Origin: Candidatus Puniceispirillum sp.
Lineage (GTDB): Bacteria; Pseudomonadota; Alphaproteobacteria; Puniceispirillales; Puniceispirillaceae
NCBI GenBank assembly: GCA_016778895.1
Contig: JADHOR010000005.1
Coordinates: 33,636-97,635, forward strand
Length of the DNA: 64,000 nucleotides
Direction of reading: 5' to 3'
Shown here: positions 1 through 9,867 of the stretch, piece by piece
Layout: the number at the start of each line of letters is the position of its first letter
How positions within the stretch are numbered: position 1 is the stretch's first letter
Position numbers and translations under genes: made by a program
The notes under the pieces: generated by a model
What the model saw: the letters and a program-made list of their open reading frames with translations, nothing else
Database searches by the model: none
What the model was told of the DNA's origin: nothing

Positions 1-167
1 CGAACCCGCCGATCACGCGCGATCAGGTTAGGCTGCTAAAATGCGATAATGTTGTTGCCAACAAGGCGCGAACCTTGGTTGATCTCGGCGTTACCGCAAC
101 ATCGGTTGATGTGGTGTTGCCAACCTATCTCGATCGCTATCGGCCGGGTGGTATGTTTCGATCTTAG
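1..167 (+). CDS. NAD(P)H-binding NDUFA9-like (atypical SDR) protein, C-terminal fragment; the 5' end lies outside the window
   Basis: The frame ending at TAG 165-167 reads NPPITRDQVRLLKCDNVVANKARTLVDLGVTATSVDVVLPTYLDRYRPGGMFRS*. This C-terminal pattern resembles alphaproteobacterial complex I NDUFA9-like proteins. It is absent from the ORF track because it is open at the window edge. Confidence 0.5.
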   Translation, partial: NPPITRDQVRLLKCDNVVANKARTLVDLGVTATSVDVVLPTYLDRYRPGGMFRS

Positions 168-982
168 GTGATGCTGGGTGCGATCCAGCCCTGAATTAAC
201 GCCAGCAATAAAAGCCCGCCAAGTGCCAGCCGGTAATACACAAAAATCTTAAAGCTAGCGACCGCAAGCCAGCCCATCATCCAGCGGATGGCAAGCCAGG
301 CGAGCAGGGCGGATAAAACCGCAACAATCACCCCATCACTGCCAAGCCCGGCATCACCGCTGTTCACCAGATCGATTGTTTTCAGCAAACCCGCGCCAGC
401 AATTGTAGGCAGCGATAGCAGCAACGAAAACCGCGCCGCTGTTACCCGATCAAGGCCCAGAAAGCGGGCCGCGCTCATCGTTACACCTGAACGCGAGGCC
501 CCCGGAACGAGGGCGCAGATTTGTGCAGCGCCGATCACCAGCGCGTGTCGCCAGCCGATCGCTTTTAGATCATGCTGTATAACTGGCATTTTATCAGCAC
601 CCCATAAAATTGCCGCAAACACCAGATTGGCAATTGCAAGGGTGTGAACCATGTCGAGCCAGCGCCAATTGGCATAATTTACGATGTAGCCAGCGAACAT
701 TACTGGAAACGTTGCCATAACCAGCATTATGCCAAGCCGTGCATTATGTTTGTCACCGTGGCTCCGGCGCAGCAACGCGCACAGAATGGCGATTATTTCG
801 GCACGCAAATAAACCGCAACCGCGATCAGGGTGCCGACATGGGCCGCAACATCAATCGCACGGCCTTGATAGGCAAAATTGGTCACGATGGGGATCAGGA
901 CCAGATGGCCGGATGATGAAACCGGCAGAAACTCGGTCAGACCCTGAATTGCAGCCACAAGAATAAGCAGGCTCATTGGCAT
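164..982 (-). CDS. uppP: Undecaprenyl-diphosphate phosphatase (UppP/BacA)
   Basis: Multi-TM ORF with the LTEFLPVSSSGH motif typical of UppP. The likely start is ATG 982, with GGGGAG 8 nt upstream. The ORF track extends to a TTG at 1003. Confidence 0.9.
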   Translation of the reverse strand: MPMSLLILVAAIQGLTEFLPVSSSGHLVLIPIVTNFAYQGRAIDVAAHVGTLIAVAVYLRAEIIAILCALLRRSHGDKHNARLGIMLVMATFPVMFAGYIVNYANWRWLDMVHTLAIANLVFAAILWGADKMPVIQHDLKAIGWRHALVIGAAQICALVPGASRSGVTMSAARFLGLDRVTAARFSLLLSLPTIAGAGLLKTIDLVNSGDAGLGSDGVIVAVLSALLAWLAIRWMMGWLAVASFKIFVYYRLALGGLLLLALIQGWIAPSIT

Positions 983-1058
983 CAAACAGGCTCCCCACAA
1001 CAAGGCTTAAAGCACGTGCCAGCGTTAGCTCTCAAATGGAACAGTCGGCGCTCCTGAA

Positions 1059-1077
1059 CGCGGTATACCATACCGCG
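1059..1077. promoter_or_regulatory. Perfect inverted repeat CGCGGTAT-ACC-ATACCGCG in the uppP/gltD divergent intergenic region
   Basis: Read directly: an 8-bp arm, a 3-nt spacer and an 8-bp arm. There is no adjacent T or A tract, so it is more likely a protein-binding site than a terminator. Confidence 0.25.
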
Positions 1078-1654
1078 ATATGTTCGGCGACATCTTCGGT
1101 GAATTATTTGTCGGGCTGAATGTCAACTAGTACCACATCGGACCTATTTTGATAGTTTCTACTGATGTCCATGCACAAGATTGAATCTTGCTTGCAATTA
1201 TCGTTGAAAAAAGGTAACTATTGTTGACTAATTTTCGGAATTCGGATTTCGCTACGGTGCGATGGCTCCCGCCAACCGGCGTGTGGAGCACGGTTGCGGT
1301 AAAGCCAAGGTGGTAAAAACGGCTCCGGTTTTGGGTGTTAACAAAAGGCATTTAGAACCGGCGAAATACGCGTCAAGAATGTTGGTAGACCGTACCTTTT
1401 TAAGCGATGTCGGAACGATTTTATGGCCTCGGGGAATGGGTGAATTTGTCCTACCCACGGGGCTAGTGGCACCATTAGAACGGCGTGCCAAAGACAAAAA
1501 CCGGCGTGGTCTCTGTTGGATTGACGCTTGACAGGTGGAAATTGCCAGATGGGGTTGCCGGTTGGGAATGGTAACTGGGGGTTAAAGAAATATCGGTGCT
1601 AAGCGAAAGCGTCACGACTGAGCTGATAAGCCGAGTTGGTCAGGAGAAGTTAGA

Positions 1655-3100
1655 ATGTCGTCGAAGATGTTGAAATTTGTATCGACTGAAAAAGCCATGC
1701 CGGAAAAGCGCAAGGCGGGAAAACGCATTGCCGATTTTAACGAGATTTATGACGAGTTCGATGTGTTTGAAGCCGAAGCACAGGCATCGCGTTGCTCGCA
1801 ATGCGGGGTACCGTTCTGCCAGGTTAATTGCCCGCTTCACAACAACATTCCCGATTGGTTGATGCTTACCGCCGAAGGCAGGATGCAGGAAGCTTATGAG
1901 CTGTCGTCACAGACCAATAATTTTCCTGAGATTTGTGGCCGCATCTGTCCGCAGGACCGGCTGTGTGAAGGCAGTTGTGTAATCGAAAAAGGGTTCGAAT
2001 CAGTAACAATTGGCGCGGTCGAGAAACATATCACTGAGACCGCCTTCGCCGAAGGTTGGGTCAAGCCAGCAGCGCCCCGCGTCGAGCGCGTGGAGTCAAT
2101 TGGTATCATTGGGGCGGGGCCAGCAGGTCTGGCCGCTGCCGAGATGCTGCGTCATCGGGGCTATCAGGTGCATGTCTATGATCGTTATGACCGCATTGGC
2201 GGCTTGCTGATGTATGGTATTCCAGGCTTTAAGTTGGAAAAATCAATCGTCGAGCGGCGCGGGCAGCTATTGCGGGATGGCGGCGTTCAGTTCCATCTTG
2301 GCGTTGATATTGGCGGCGCGACAACTTTCGCCGATATTCGGGCGAAACATGATGCGATTCTGATCGCAACGGGCGTTTACAAAGCGCGCGACATCGCCGC
2401 CCCCGGCAGCGGGCTTAATGGGATTGTTCCGGCGCTCGACTATTTGACGGTATCGAACCGTAAAAGCCTTGGCGACAAGGTCGACGCATTCGAATCTGGG
2501 GCGCTGAATGCCGAGGGCAAGAGTGTTGTGGTCATCGGCGGCGGCGACACGGCAATGGATTGCGTGCGCACGGCGATTCGTCAAAAGGCCAAATCTGTAA
2601 GCTGCCTGTACCGCCGTGACCGGGCAAATATGCCAGGCTCGCAGCGTGAGGTTGAGAATGCCGAGGAAGAGGGCGTTGTTTTCAAATGGCTGTCTGCACC
2701 ACAGGCTTTTCTGGGTAATGGCAAGGTGCGGGCAGTACAGGCACAGCGGATACATCTTGGCCAGCCCGACGCAACCGGCCGGCAGGTGCCTGAGGTCATC
2801 GATGACTCATCGCATGAATTACCAGCCGATATGGTGATTAAGGCGCTTGGGTTTGATCCGGAGGATTTGCCAGCCATGTTTGGCGAGAAAGGGCTGCAGG
2901 TTACCCGGTGGGGAACCCTGAAAATTGACTGGCGGACCATGATGACGAATTTAGACGGCGTGTTTGCGGCTGGCGATATTGTTCGGGGCGCCTCACTTGT
3001 CGTTTGGGGTGTTCGTGATGGCCGTGATGCCGCCGAAGCTATTGACCAATGGATTACGGCCACCGCTGATGCGCCGCTTGCCGCTGTTGCCGGACGTTAG
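1655..3100 (+). CDS. gltD: Glutamate synthase (NADPH) small subunit
   Basis: 481 aa. N-terminal Cys clusters (CSQCGVPFC, CGRICPQDRLCEGSC) and two Rossmann motifs (GIIGAGPAGLAAA, VVVIGGGDTAMD). It lies immediately upstream of gltB. Confidence 0.95.
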   Translation: MSSKMLKFVSTEKAMPEKRKAGKRIADFNEIYDEFDVFEAEAQASRCSQCGVPFCQVNCPLHNNIPDWLMLTAEGRMQEAYELSSQTNNFPEICGRICPQDRLCEGSCVIEKGFESVTIGAVEKHITETAFAEGWVKPAAPRVERVESIGIIGAGPAGLAAAEMLRHRGYQVHVYDRYDRIGGLLMYGIPGFKLEKSIVERRGQLLRDGGVQFHLGVDIGGATTFADIRAKHDAILIATGVYKARDIAAPGSGLNGIVPALDYLTVSNRKSLGDKVDAFESGALNAEGKSVVVIGGGDTAMDCVRTAIRQKAKSVSCLYRRDRANMPGSQREVENAEEEGVVFKWLSAPQAFLGNGKVRAVQAQRIHLGQPDATGRQVPEVIDDSSHELPADMVIKALGFDPEDLPAMFGEKGLQVTRWGTLKIDWRTMMTNLDGVFAAGDIVRGASLVVWGVRDGRDAAEAIDQWITATADAPLAAVAGR

Positions 3101-3124
3101 AGCGCCGGGTAAAGGGAGTTTAAA

Positions 3125-6100
3125 ATGACCAAGATTTTTGATGAAGCTGCCTATCTTCAGCGCCGTGCGGCAAATGAGGCAAAGTTAATCGAGGCTGGTG
3201 TCTATGGCCCGGAAATGGAGCATGATGCGTGCGGCGTTGGCTTTGTTGTGGCCCGTGATGGCAAGCCGAATCGTGCAGTGGTCGAGGCCGCGGTTGAGGC
3301 ATTGCAGGCGATTTGGCATCGTGGCGCGGTTGATGCCGATGGCATGACGGGTGACGGCGCAGGAATTCACATCGAAATCCCACGTGACTTTTTCATCGAG
3401 CATATTGCCCGTACCGGCCATGATGATGATGGCGGCAGGCTTGCTGTTGGCATGGTGTTTTTGCCGCGCACTGACCTCGCGGCGCAGGAACGTTGCCGCT
3501 GTATCGTCGAGCAGGAAATCCTCGCTGTGGGTCATTGCATCTATGGGTGGCGGCAGGTGCCGGTCGACATTAAGGCACTTGGCAAAAAGGCGATCGCAAC
3601 CCGGCCTGAAATTGAGCAGATCATGTTTTCGATGCCTGTTGAAATGGATGTAGCAGAAGCCGAACGCCAGCTTTATGTTGTGCGCCGCCGCATTGAAAAA
3701 GCGGTAATGAAGCACATGATCAGCGATTTCTATCTCTGCTCGCTGTCCAGTCGGTCAATCATATATAAAGGTATGTTTCTGGCAGAACAGGTCACGGCAT
3801 TTTTCCCCGATTTGCTTGACCCGCGCTTTATTTCGTCCTTTGCGATTTATCACCAGCGCTATTCAACCAATACAATGCCGACCTGGAAGCTGGCACAGCC
3901 GTTCCGGGTGCTGGCGCACAATGGTGAGATCAATACTATTCGCGGCAACCAGAACTGGATGAGCTGCCATGAAGACCGTATGGAGTCAGCCGTTTTTGGC
4001 GATCATATTGATGATTTGAAACCGGTTGTCGCTGGGGGCAGCTCGGACTCGGCGGCACTGGATGCCGTGTTTGAATTGCTGGTTCATGGGGGGCGGGAAT
4101 TGCCGATGGTCAAAACCATGATGATCCCTGAGGCGATTGATGTTGGCAGTGATCATCCGCGTGCGAAACTTTATGCCTATTGCAATTCGGTGATGGAACC
4201 TTGGGATGGGCCAGCGGCGATTGCCGCCTATGCTGGTGACTGGATTGTTGCTGGCCTTGACCGTAACGGCTTGCGGCCTTTGCGCTATGTGGTGACCCAT
4301 GATGGGCTGATCATCGCTGGGTCCGAAACCGGTATGGTGGTTGTCCCCGATACGAAAATTGCCGAACGTGGACGGCTTGGGCCGGGACAGATGATCGGCA
4401 TTAATCTGGCTGAAGGCCGTCTTTATAAAGACGATGAGCTAAAAGACGCCTTAACCCAAAAATGCGATTGGAATACATGGATTGGCCGCGCCAAGCAGAT
4501 GGACGCGTTGCTGGCCAATTCAACCGGCAAGACAAGTCAGCCGCTTGGCAAGTCTGCCGCACGCCGCCGCCAGATGATGGCTGGCTGGACAATGGAAGAT
4601 ATGGAACTGGTCCTGCAGCCAATGGCGCAAACTGGCAAAGAGGCTGTCGGCTCGATGGGTGATGATACCCCGCTGGCGGTTTTGTCGGATCGATATCGCG
4701 GCCTGCATCATTTCTTCCGGCAGAATTTCTCGCAAGTGACCAACCCGCCAATCGACTCGCTGCGTGAACGTCATGTAATGACACTCCGCACCCGGCTGGG
4801 CAATCTCGGCAATATTCTAGATGAGGCACCTGAACAGTGCGATCACCTCGTCCTTAATTCGCCGGTTTTGACCGTGCCAGAATGGGACGCGCTATGCCGT
4901 TACGTCGGTGACAAGTCTGCTGAGATTGACTGTAGCTTTGAAAATGATGGGTCAGACACCGCTTTTACCGATGCGATTGAGCGGATTCGGGCCGAGGCTG
5001 AAGAGGCGGTGCGGTCGGGGTGTGAGCACGTGATGCTAACTGATCGTAACGTGTCGGAGTCCCGCATCCCCATTCCGATGATTCTGGCAACCGGGGCGGT
5101 GCATTCGCACCTTGTCCGTCAGCAGTTGCGGACATTTACCTCGGTTAATGTTGCCAGTGGCGAATGTTTGGATGTGCATCATTTTGCTGTGCTGATCGGG
5201 GTTGGTGCTACAACGGTAAACGCTTATGTGGCTGAGGCTGCAATTGCTGAAAGGCATGAGCGCGGCCTGCTGGTCGGCATGGAAATGCGTGACGCGGTTG
5301 GCAATTTTGTCAAGGCAGTCGAAGAAGGCCTGCTGAAAATCATGTCGAAAATGGGCATTTCGGTTATCGCTTCTTACCGTGGTGGCTATAATTTTGAGGC
5401 GCTTGGCCTTTCGCGATCACTGGTTGCCGATTTTTTCCCGCCAATGTCATCACGCATTTCGGGCCTCGGTCTGAAGGGCATTGCAACACGCGTAATTGAT
5501 ATGCATAACAAGGCCTATGCCAGCGACGATGTGCATTTGTCGGTCGGGGGTTTCTTCCGCTATCGAAAATCAGGTGAACGTCATGCATTTGATGGCCAGA
5601 TGATCCATGCGATGCAGCACGCCTGCGATACTGGGTCGTTTGAAAGCTGGAAAAAATATTCATCATTGGTGAACGGTCAGGGGCCGATTAATCTTCGCGA
5701 CCTAATGGATTTTAAGCCGGCCAATGCACCGGTCGAGATTGATCGAGTAGAGTCGATCACTAACATCCGTAAACGGCTGGTCTCGCCGGGGATCTCGCTT
5801 GGCGCACTTAGCCCCGAGGCGCATGAAACCCTATCGATTGCAATGAACCGGATTGGCGCAAAATCTGATTCCGGTGAGGGTGGTGAGGATCCAGCACGGT
5901 TCAAACTTCGTGAGAATGGCGATAATCCTTCAAGTGCAATCAAACAGATCGCCTCAGGCCGGTTTGGGGTCACTGCTGAATATCTGAATAATTGCGAGGA
6001 AATTGAAATTAAGGTCGCTCAGGGCGCAAAGCCGGGCGAAGGTGGGCAATTGCCTGGCATTAAGGTTGATAGCCTAATTGCGCGCCTGCGCCACTCGACC

Positions 6101-7663
6101 CCCGGGGTGACATTGATTTCGCCGCCTCCGCATCACGATATCTATTCGATCGAGGATCTGGCGCAGCTAATCTATGACCTAAAGCAGATTAACCCCGACG
6201 CAAAAGTCTGCGTAAAGCTGGTGGCATCAACCGGTATTGGCACGATTGCCGCCGGGGTAGCCAAGGCCAAGGCCGACTCGATTCTGGTATCAGGTCATGG
6301 TGGCGGTACCGGTGCGAGCCCGCAATCGTCAATCAAATATGCTGGCCTGCCATGGGAAATGGGTCTGTCCGAAGTGCATCAGGTTCTGTCGATGAATGAC
6401 CTTCGCAACAAGGTGGTTTTGCGGACTGATGGCGGGCTGAAAACCGGCCGCGATGTGGTGATGGCAGCAATGCTTGGGGCGGATGAATATGGTATTGGTA
6501 CATCATCACTGATTGCCATGGGCTGTATCATGGTGCGCCAGTGCCATTCGAACACCTGCCCTGTCGGGGTCTGTACCCAGCGTGCTGATCTTCGTGCCAA
6601 ATTTGAAGGGACACCGGAAAAAGTTGTGCAGCTCTTCACCCATCTTGCCGAAGAAGTGCGGGAAATTCTGGCTGACCTTGGGTTTACCTCATTGCAGCAG
6701 GTCATTGGCCGGACGGATCTTCTCACTCAGGTTAGCCGCGGTGATGAGGCGCTTGATGACCTTGATCTCAACCCGATTCTGGTTCGAGCAGACGGAGAAG
6801 ATGAATTGATCAGTAGCCGCGGTGGCCCACGAACCGAAGTGCCGAACACGCTGGACGCGCAGATGGTTGTCGATGCCAAGCTGGCTCTTGAAAATGGCTC
6901 AAAAATGCAATTGTCTTACAATGTCGAAAACACCCAGCGTGCGATTGGAACGCGGCTGTCCTCGCATATTGTTCGGCGGTTTGGCATGACCGGACTTCGT
7001 GAGGGGCATATTCTTGTCAGGCTTCGTGGTTCGGCCGGTCAGTCTCTGGGCGCATTCGCGACACAGGGCCTTCGTCTTGATGTTATCGGTGACGCCAATG
7101 ATTATGTCGGCAAGGGTCTCTCCGGTGGCATGATTGTGGTGCGCCCATCGGCAGCGATCAGTTTTGTTGCCAGCGCCAATACCATTATTGGCAATACGGT
7201 GCTTTACGGGGCCACTTCGGGCAAGCTGTTTGCCGCGGGTCAGGCGGGCGAACGATTGTGTGTCCGTAACTCTGGTGCCACAGCTGTTGTTGAGGGCAGT
7301 GGATCAAACGCTTGTGAATATATGACTGGCGGTAAGGTTGTGATCCTTGGCGAGGTTGGCGATAATTTTGGGGCCGGTATGACCGGCGGCATGGCCTTTG
7401 TCTATGACGAGGCTGGAACGTTTGGGTCTCGGGTTAACCCGGAAAGTCTGCAGCTTGGCCGTATTGCGCATCCGCATTGGGAGACTGTACTACGTGATCT
7501 GGTTGCCGAGCATGCCCGCGAAACCGAGAGCGCCCTTGCGGCGAGGATTTTGAATCAGTGGGACACCGCCGTTGCACATTTCTGGCAGGTTGTGCCAACC
7601 GAGATTATTCCAGTTTTGGACGTGCCGCTTGGTGTTGAGGATGACCTGTCTGAGACTGCGTAA
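3125..7663 (+). CDS. gltB: Glutamate synthase large subunit
   Basis: 1512 aa. Ntn-amidotransferase N-terminus (HDACGVGFV), FMN/3Fe-4S region (CHSNTCPVGVCTQ) and a C-terminal Gly-rich beta-helix domain. Confidence 0.97.
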   Translation: MTKIFDEAAYLQRRAANEAKLIEAGVYGPEMEHDACGVGFVVARDGKPNRAVVEAAVEALQAIWHRGAVDADGMTGDGAGIHIEIPRDFFIEHIARTGHDDDGGRLAVGMVFLPRTDLAAQERCRCIVEQEILAVGHCIYGWRQVPVDIKALGKKAIATRPEIEQIMFSMPVEMDVAEAERQLYVVRRRIEKAVMKHMISDFYLCSLSSRSIIYKGMFLAEQVTAFFPDLLDPRFISSFAIYHQRYSTNTMPTWKLAQPFRVLAHNGEINTIRGNQNWMSCHEDRMESAVFGDHIDDLKPVVAGGSSDSAALDAVFELLVHGGRELPMVKTMMIPEAIDVGSDHPRAKLYAYCNSVMEPWDGPAAIAAYAGDWIVAGLDRNGLRPLRYVVTHDGLIIAGSETGMVVVPDTKIAERGRLGPGQMIGINLAEGRLYKDDELKDALTQKCDWNTWIGRAKQMDALLANSTGKTSQPLGKSAARRRQMMAGWTMEDMELVLQPMAQTGKEAVGSMGDDTPLAVLSDRYRGLHHFFRQNFSQVTNPPIDSLRERHVMTLRTRLGNLGNILDEAPEQCDHLVLNSPVLTVPEWDALCRYVGDKSAEIDCSFENDGSDTAFTDAIERIRAEAEEAVRSGCEHVMLTDRNVSESRIPIPMILATGAVHSHLVRQQLRTFTSVNVASGECLDVHHFAVLIGVGATTVNAYVAEAAIAERHERGLLVGMEMRDAVGNFVKAVEEGLLKIMSKMGISVIASYRGGYNFEALGLSRSLVADFFPPMSSRISGLGLKGIATRVIDMHNKAYASDDVHLSVGGFFRYRKSGERHAFDGQMIHAMQHACDTGSFESWKKYSSLVNGQGPINLRDLMDFKPANAPVEIDRVESITNIRKRLVSPGISLGALSPEAHETLSIAMNRIGAKSDSGEGGEDPARFKLRENGDNPSSAIKQIASGRFGVTAEYLNNCEEIEIKVAQGAKPGEGGQLPGIKVDSLIARLRHSTPGVTLISPPPHHDIYSIEDLAQLIYDLKQINPDAKVCVKLVASTGIGTIAAGVAKAKADSILVSGHGGGTGASPQSSIKYAGLPWEMGLSEVHQVLSMNDLRNKVVLRTDGGLKTGRDVVMAAMLGADEYGIGTSSLIAMGCIMVRQCHSNTCPVGVCTQRADLRAKFEGTPEKVVQLFTHLAEEVREILADLGFTSLQQVIGRTDLLTQVSRGDEALDDLDLNPILVRADGEDELISSRGGPRTEVPNTLDAQMVVDAKLALENGSKMQLSYNVENTQRAIGTRLSSHIVRRFGMTGLREGHILVRLRGSAGQSLGAFATQGLRLDVIGDANDYVGKGLSGGMIVVRPSAAISFVASANTIIGNTVLYGATSGKLFAAGQAGERLCVRNSGATAVVEGSGSNACEYMTGGKVVILGEVGDNFGAGMTGGMAFVYDEAGTFGSRVNPESLQLGRIAHPHWETVLRDLVAEHARETESALAARILNQWDTAVAHFWQVVPTEIIPVLDVPLGVEDDLSETA

Positions 7664-7729
7664 CAGCTGATTTTGCTTAGGCTGTAAAAGCAGATTGTTT
7701 CCCGTGCTGCTTTGCTATAAAGCATAATT

Positions 7730-8233
7730 ATGTTCCAGATTAAGCAGCAAACACAGGCAGATAGTGCGGTCGTCGAAGAGTTGATGATCAAGGCCTTCGG
7801 GCCCAATCGCTATGAACGATCGGTTTGGGCATTGCGCCCCGGCGAGCCGGTCGAGACCTTGTGTCTTGTTGGTTATGATGATGATCAACCCGTTGGTTCG
7901 TTGCGCTTTTGGGAAATAATGCTTGGCGACGAGACGATTTTGCTGCTGGGGCCGCTTGCAGTTGAGCCGCATGTTCGCGGGCAGGGCTTTGGCCAGCAAT
8001 TGGTAATAGAGGGTATGCGCCGTGCGCGGTTTGGCAGATGGCGCTTGGTTCTGGTGTCTGGCGAGCCTGACTATTATCCGAAATTTGGCTTCACACCGGC
8101 AGCCAGCTTTGGGCTGGAATGGCCCGGATTTGTCGAGCCGGAACGGCTGCAATTTTGCGAACTGGTGCCGGGCGCGCTAGCTAGTCTGCCAAAGAGCGGC
8201 CTTATTGTGCGGGGCATTACGCCGGCAGTTTAA
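7730..8233 (+). CDS. GNAT family N-acetyltransferase
   Basis: 167 aa with an acetyl-CoA binding-type segment VEPHVRGQGFGQQLV (R/Q-x-x-G-x-G). Confidence 0.8.
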   Translation: MFQIKQQTQADSAVVEELMIKAFGPNRYERSVWALRPGEPVETLCLVGYDDDQPVGSLRFWEIMLGDETILLLGPLAVEPHVRGQGFGQQLVIEGMRRARFGRWRLVLVSGEPDYYPKFGFTPAASFGLEWPGFVEPERLQFCELVPGALASLPKSGLIVRGITPAV

Positions 8234-8281
8234 TATGGTATGGTTGTGTCCGGCTGCGTTTGGCGAAAAGGGTAAAGTTCT

Positions 8282-8956
8282 ATGCGGGTCTTGCATCATT
8301 ATCAATTATCAGCATCGTCACGTTTTATCCGTCTTTTAATGGCCGAGCGTGGCTTAATGGTTTTGCCAAAACTTGAAATTCCGTGGCAGCGCAGCGAGGA
8401 TTTTCTGAGTTTAAATCCGGCTGGTGATGTGCCGGTACTGGTTGCCGAGGATGGGCTTGCAATTAGCGGCGCGATGGTGATCGCGGAATTTATCGAAGAA
8501 ACCGAAGATGCCACGCAGCATAACCTCTTATGGGGCGAGGCTCCGGCTCGTGCCGAGATCCGCCGGCTGGTGCATTGGTTTGAATATAAATTCAGCCGTG
8601 AAGTAGGGATGCCGATTTTGTCAGAACGGGTGGTTAAACGGTTTTCCGGGCAGGGCACCCCGTCATCGGTCGTATTGCGCGCCGCAATGAGTAACCTGCA
8701 AATCCATCTTGATTATATTGACTGGCTTGCCGAGCAGGGTAACTGGCTGACCGGTAAACAGATGTCGCTAGCTGATCTGGCGGCGGCAGCACATTTATCG
8801 GTATTGGATTTCTTGGGTGATATCGACTGGAGCCGACACCTAGAGGCAAAAAGCTGGTACGTAAAAATCAAGTCGCGCCCGTCATTCCGTGAATTGCTTG
8901 GTGATCAGGTTGTTGGCCTGACTCCTCCCGACCATTATAGCGACTTAGATTTTTAA
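8282..8956 (+). CDS. Glutathione S-transferase family protein
   Basis: 224 aa. Thioredoxin-like N-domain (LNPAGDVPVLVAEDGLAISGAMVIAEFI) followed by a helical C-domain. Confidence 0.85.
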   Translation: MRVLHHYQLSASSRFIRLLMAERGLMVLPKLEIPWQRSEDFLSLNPAGDVPVLVAEDGLAISGAMVIAEFIEETEDATQHNLLWGEAPARAEIRRLVHWFEYKFSREVGMPILSERVVKRFSGQGTPSSVVLRAAMSNLQIHLDYIDWLAEQGNWLTGKQMSLADLAAAAHLSVLDFLGDIDWSRHLEAKSWYVKIKSRPSFRELLGDQVVGLTPPDHYSDLDF

Positions 8957-9002
8957 ACCGGTTTTCTGATCGGTCTATAGCTTGCCAGCGGTTGGCTTGG
9001 CG

Positions 9003-9845
9003 CTACTCTGCGTTGAGCTGTTCAAGCAATTTGGTGATGACAGCCTCAATCAGTTGTAACTGTGCTGGTTCTGAAAACCGGTGTGTTGCTGTCTTGTCAA
9101 AATGCAGCAGAACATCCTCAGACTGCAGACAATCAGCAAGCCGTATCGCGGTTTGCCACGGCACCTCGTCATCATTCATGCCCTGTAAAAGACGCACGGG
9201 CAGTTGAAGTGGCAAAGGCCCTCGAAGGCGAAGATGCTGGCGACCATCCTCGATCAGATGATAGGGGTAGATGACCGGATCATCGGCATAGGGATTATCC
9301 ATGGCGATCTGGCCGTCGGCCTGCATGGCGGCGCGGCTTTCAGCGTCAAGTGGTTGCCAGATTAGGTCTTCGGTAAAATCTGGTGCGGCGGCAATGCCAA
9401 CCAGACCAGCAACCCGATCTGGCCGTGCCAACGCGACATTAAGCATGATCCAGCCGCCAAGTGATGACCCCACGAGAATTTGCGGGCCTTCGCTCAGATG
9501 ATCAAGAACTGCGATTGCATCGGCTGTCCAGTTGGAAATATTTGTTGCGAGAAGCGCGCCATCTGATTGGCCATGTCCGCTATAGTCAAACCTCAGAAAG
9601 GCCCGACCTTGCTGTTTGGCCCAATTTTCGAGAAAAAGTGCCTTGCTACCCTCCATATCCGAGCCATGACCGCATAAAAAGATAATTCCGGGCGCTTTTC
9701 CGACAATTCTTTTGTAGGCGATTCTGGTTGACTGGTTTATCCTGTGCCACGAAATAGATTGCATAAGCCTAACCTTCCAGATCCGGCAATCGCCAGCCTC
9801 TTCCTTGCTTAATTGTCGTCGAATAAATCTTGACCGATTGTGCAA
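9003..9845 (-). CDS. Alpha/beta hydrolase
   Basis: 280-aa ORF with the nucleophile elbow GSSLGG and an HG oxyanion segment (FLCGHGSD). The true start may be the internal ATG at 9764 (MQSISW...). Confidence 0.8.
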   Translation of the reverse strand: MHNRSRFIRRQLSKEEAGDCRIWKVRLMQSISWHRINQSTRIAYKRIVGKAPGIIFLCGHGSDMEGSKALFLENWAKQQGRAFLRFDYSGHGQSDGALLATNISNWTADAIAVLDHLSEGPQILVGSSLGGWIMLNVALARPDRVAGLVGIAAAPDFTEDLIWQPLDAESRAAMQADGQIAMDNPYADDPVIYPYHLIEDGRQHLRLRGPLPLQLPVRLLQGMNDDEVPWQTAIRLADCLQSEDVLLHFDKTATHRFSEPAQLQLIEAVITKLLEQLNAE

Positions 9846-9867
9846 ACCAAAGCCATCTTAAACCTCA

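Noticed and set aside
1467-1483. TGGCAC resembling the -24 element of a sigma-54 promoter upstream of gltD
   Set aside because: The expected -12 TTGC element five nt downstream is missing; the sequence there is GAACG.
1262-1531. 89-aa plus-strand ORF, and overlapping minus-strand ORFs, in the gltD upstream region
   Set aside because: No Shine-Dalgarno sequence and no recognisable protein features. ORFs are open in several frames, which suggests non-coding GC-rich sequence. I kept the region only as a possible RNA or leader.
1991-2001. GGGTTCGAATC, a tRNA T-arm-like string
   Set aside because: It lies inside the gltD coding frame, and I could not build a flanking acceptor or anticodon stem. 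I found no tRNA genes anywhere in the window.
2267-3715. Several 160-176-aa antisense ORFs inside gltD and gltB (2267-2755, 2581-3063, 3185-3715)
   Set aside because: They lie antisense within strongly supported, highly conserved genes. Open frames of this kind are a typical by-product of GC-rich third positions.
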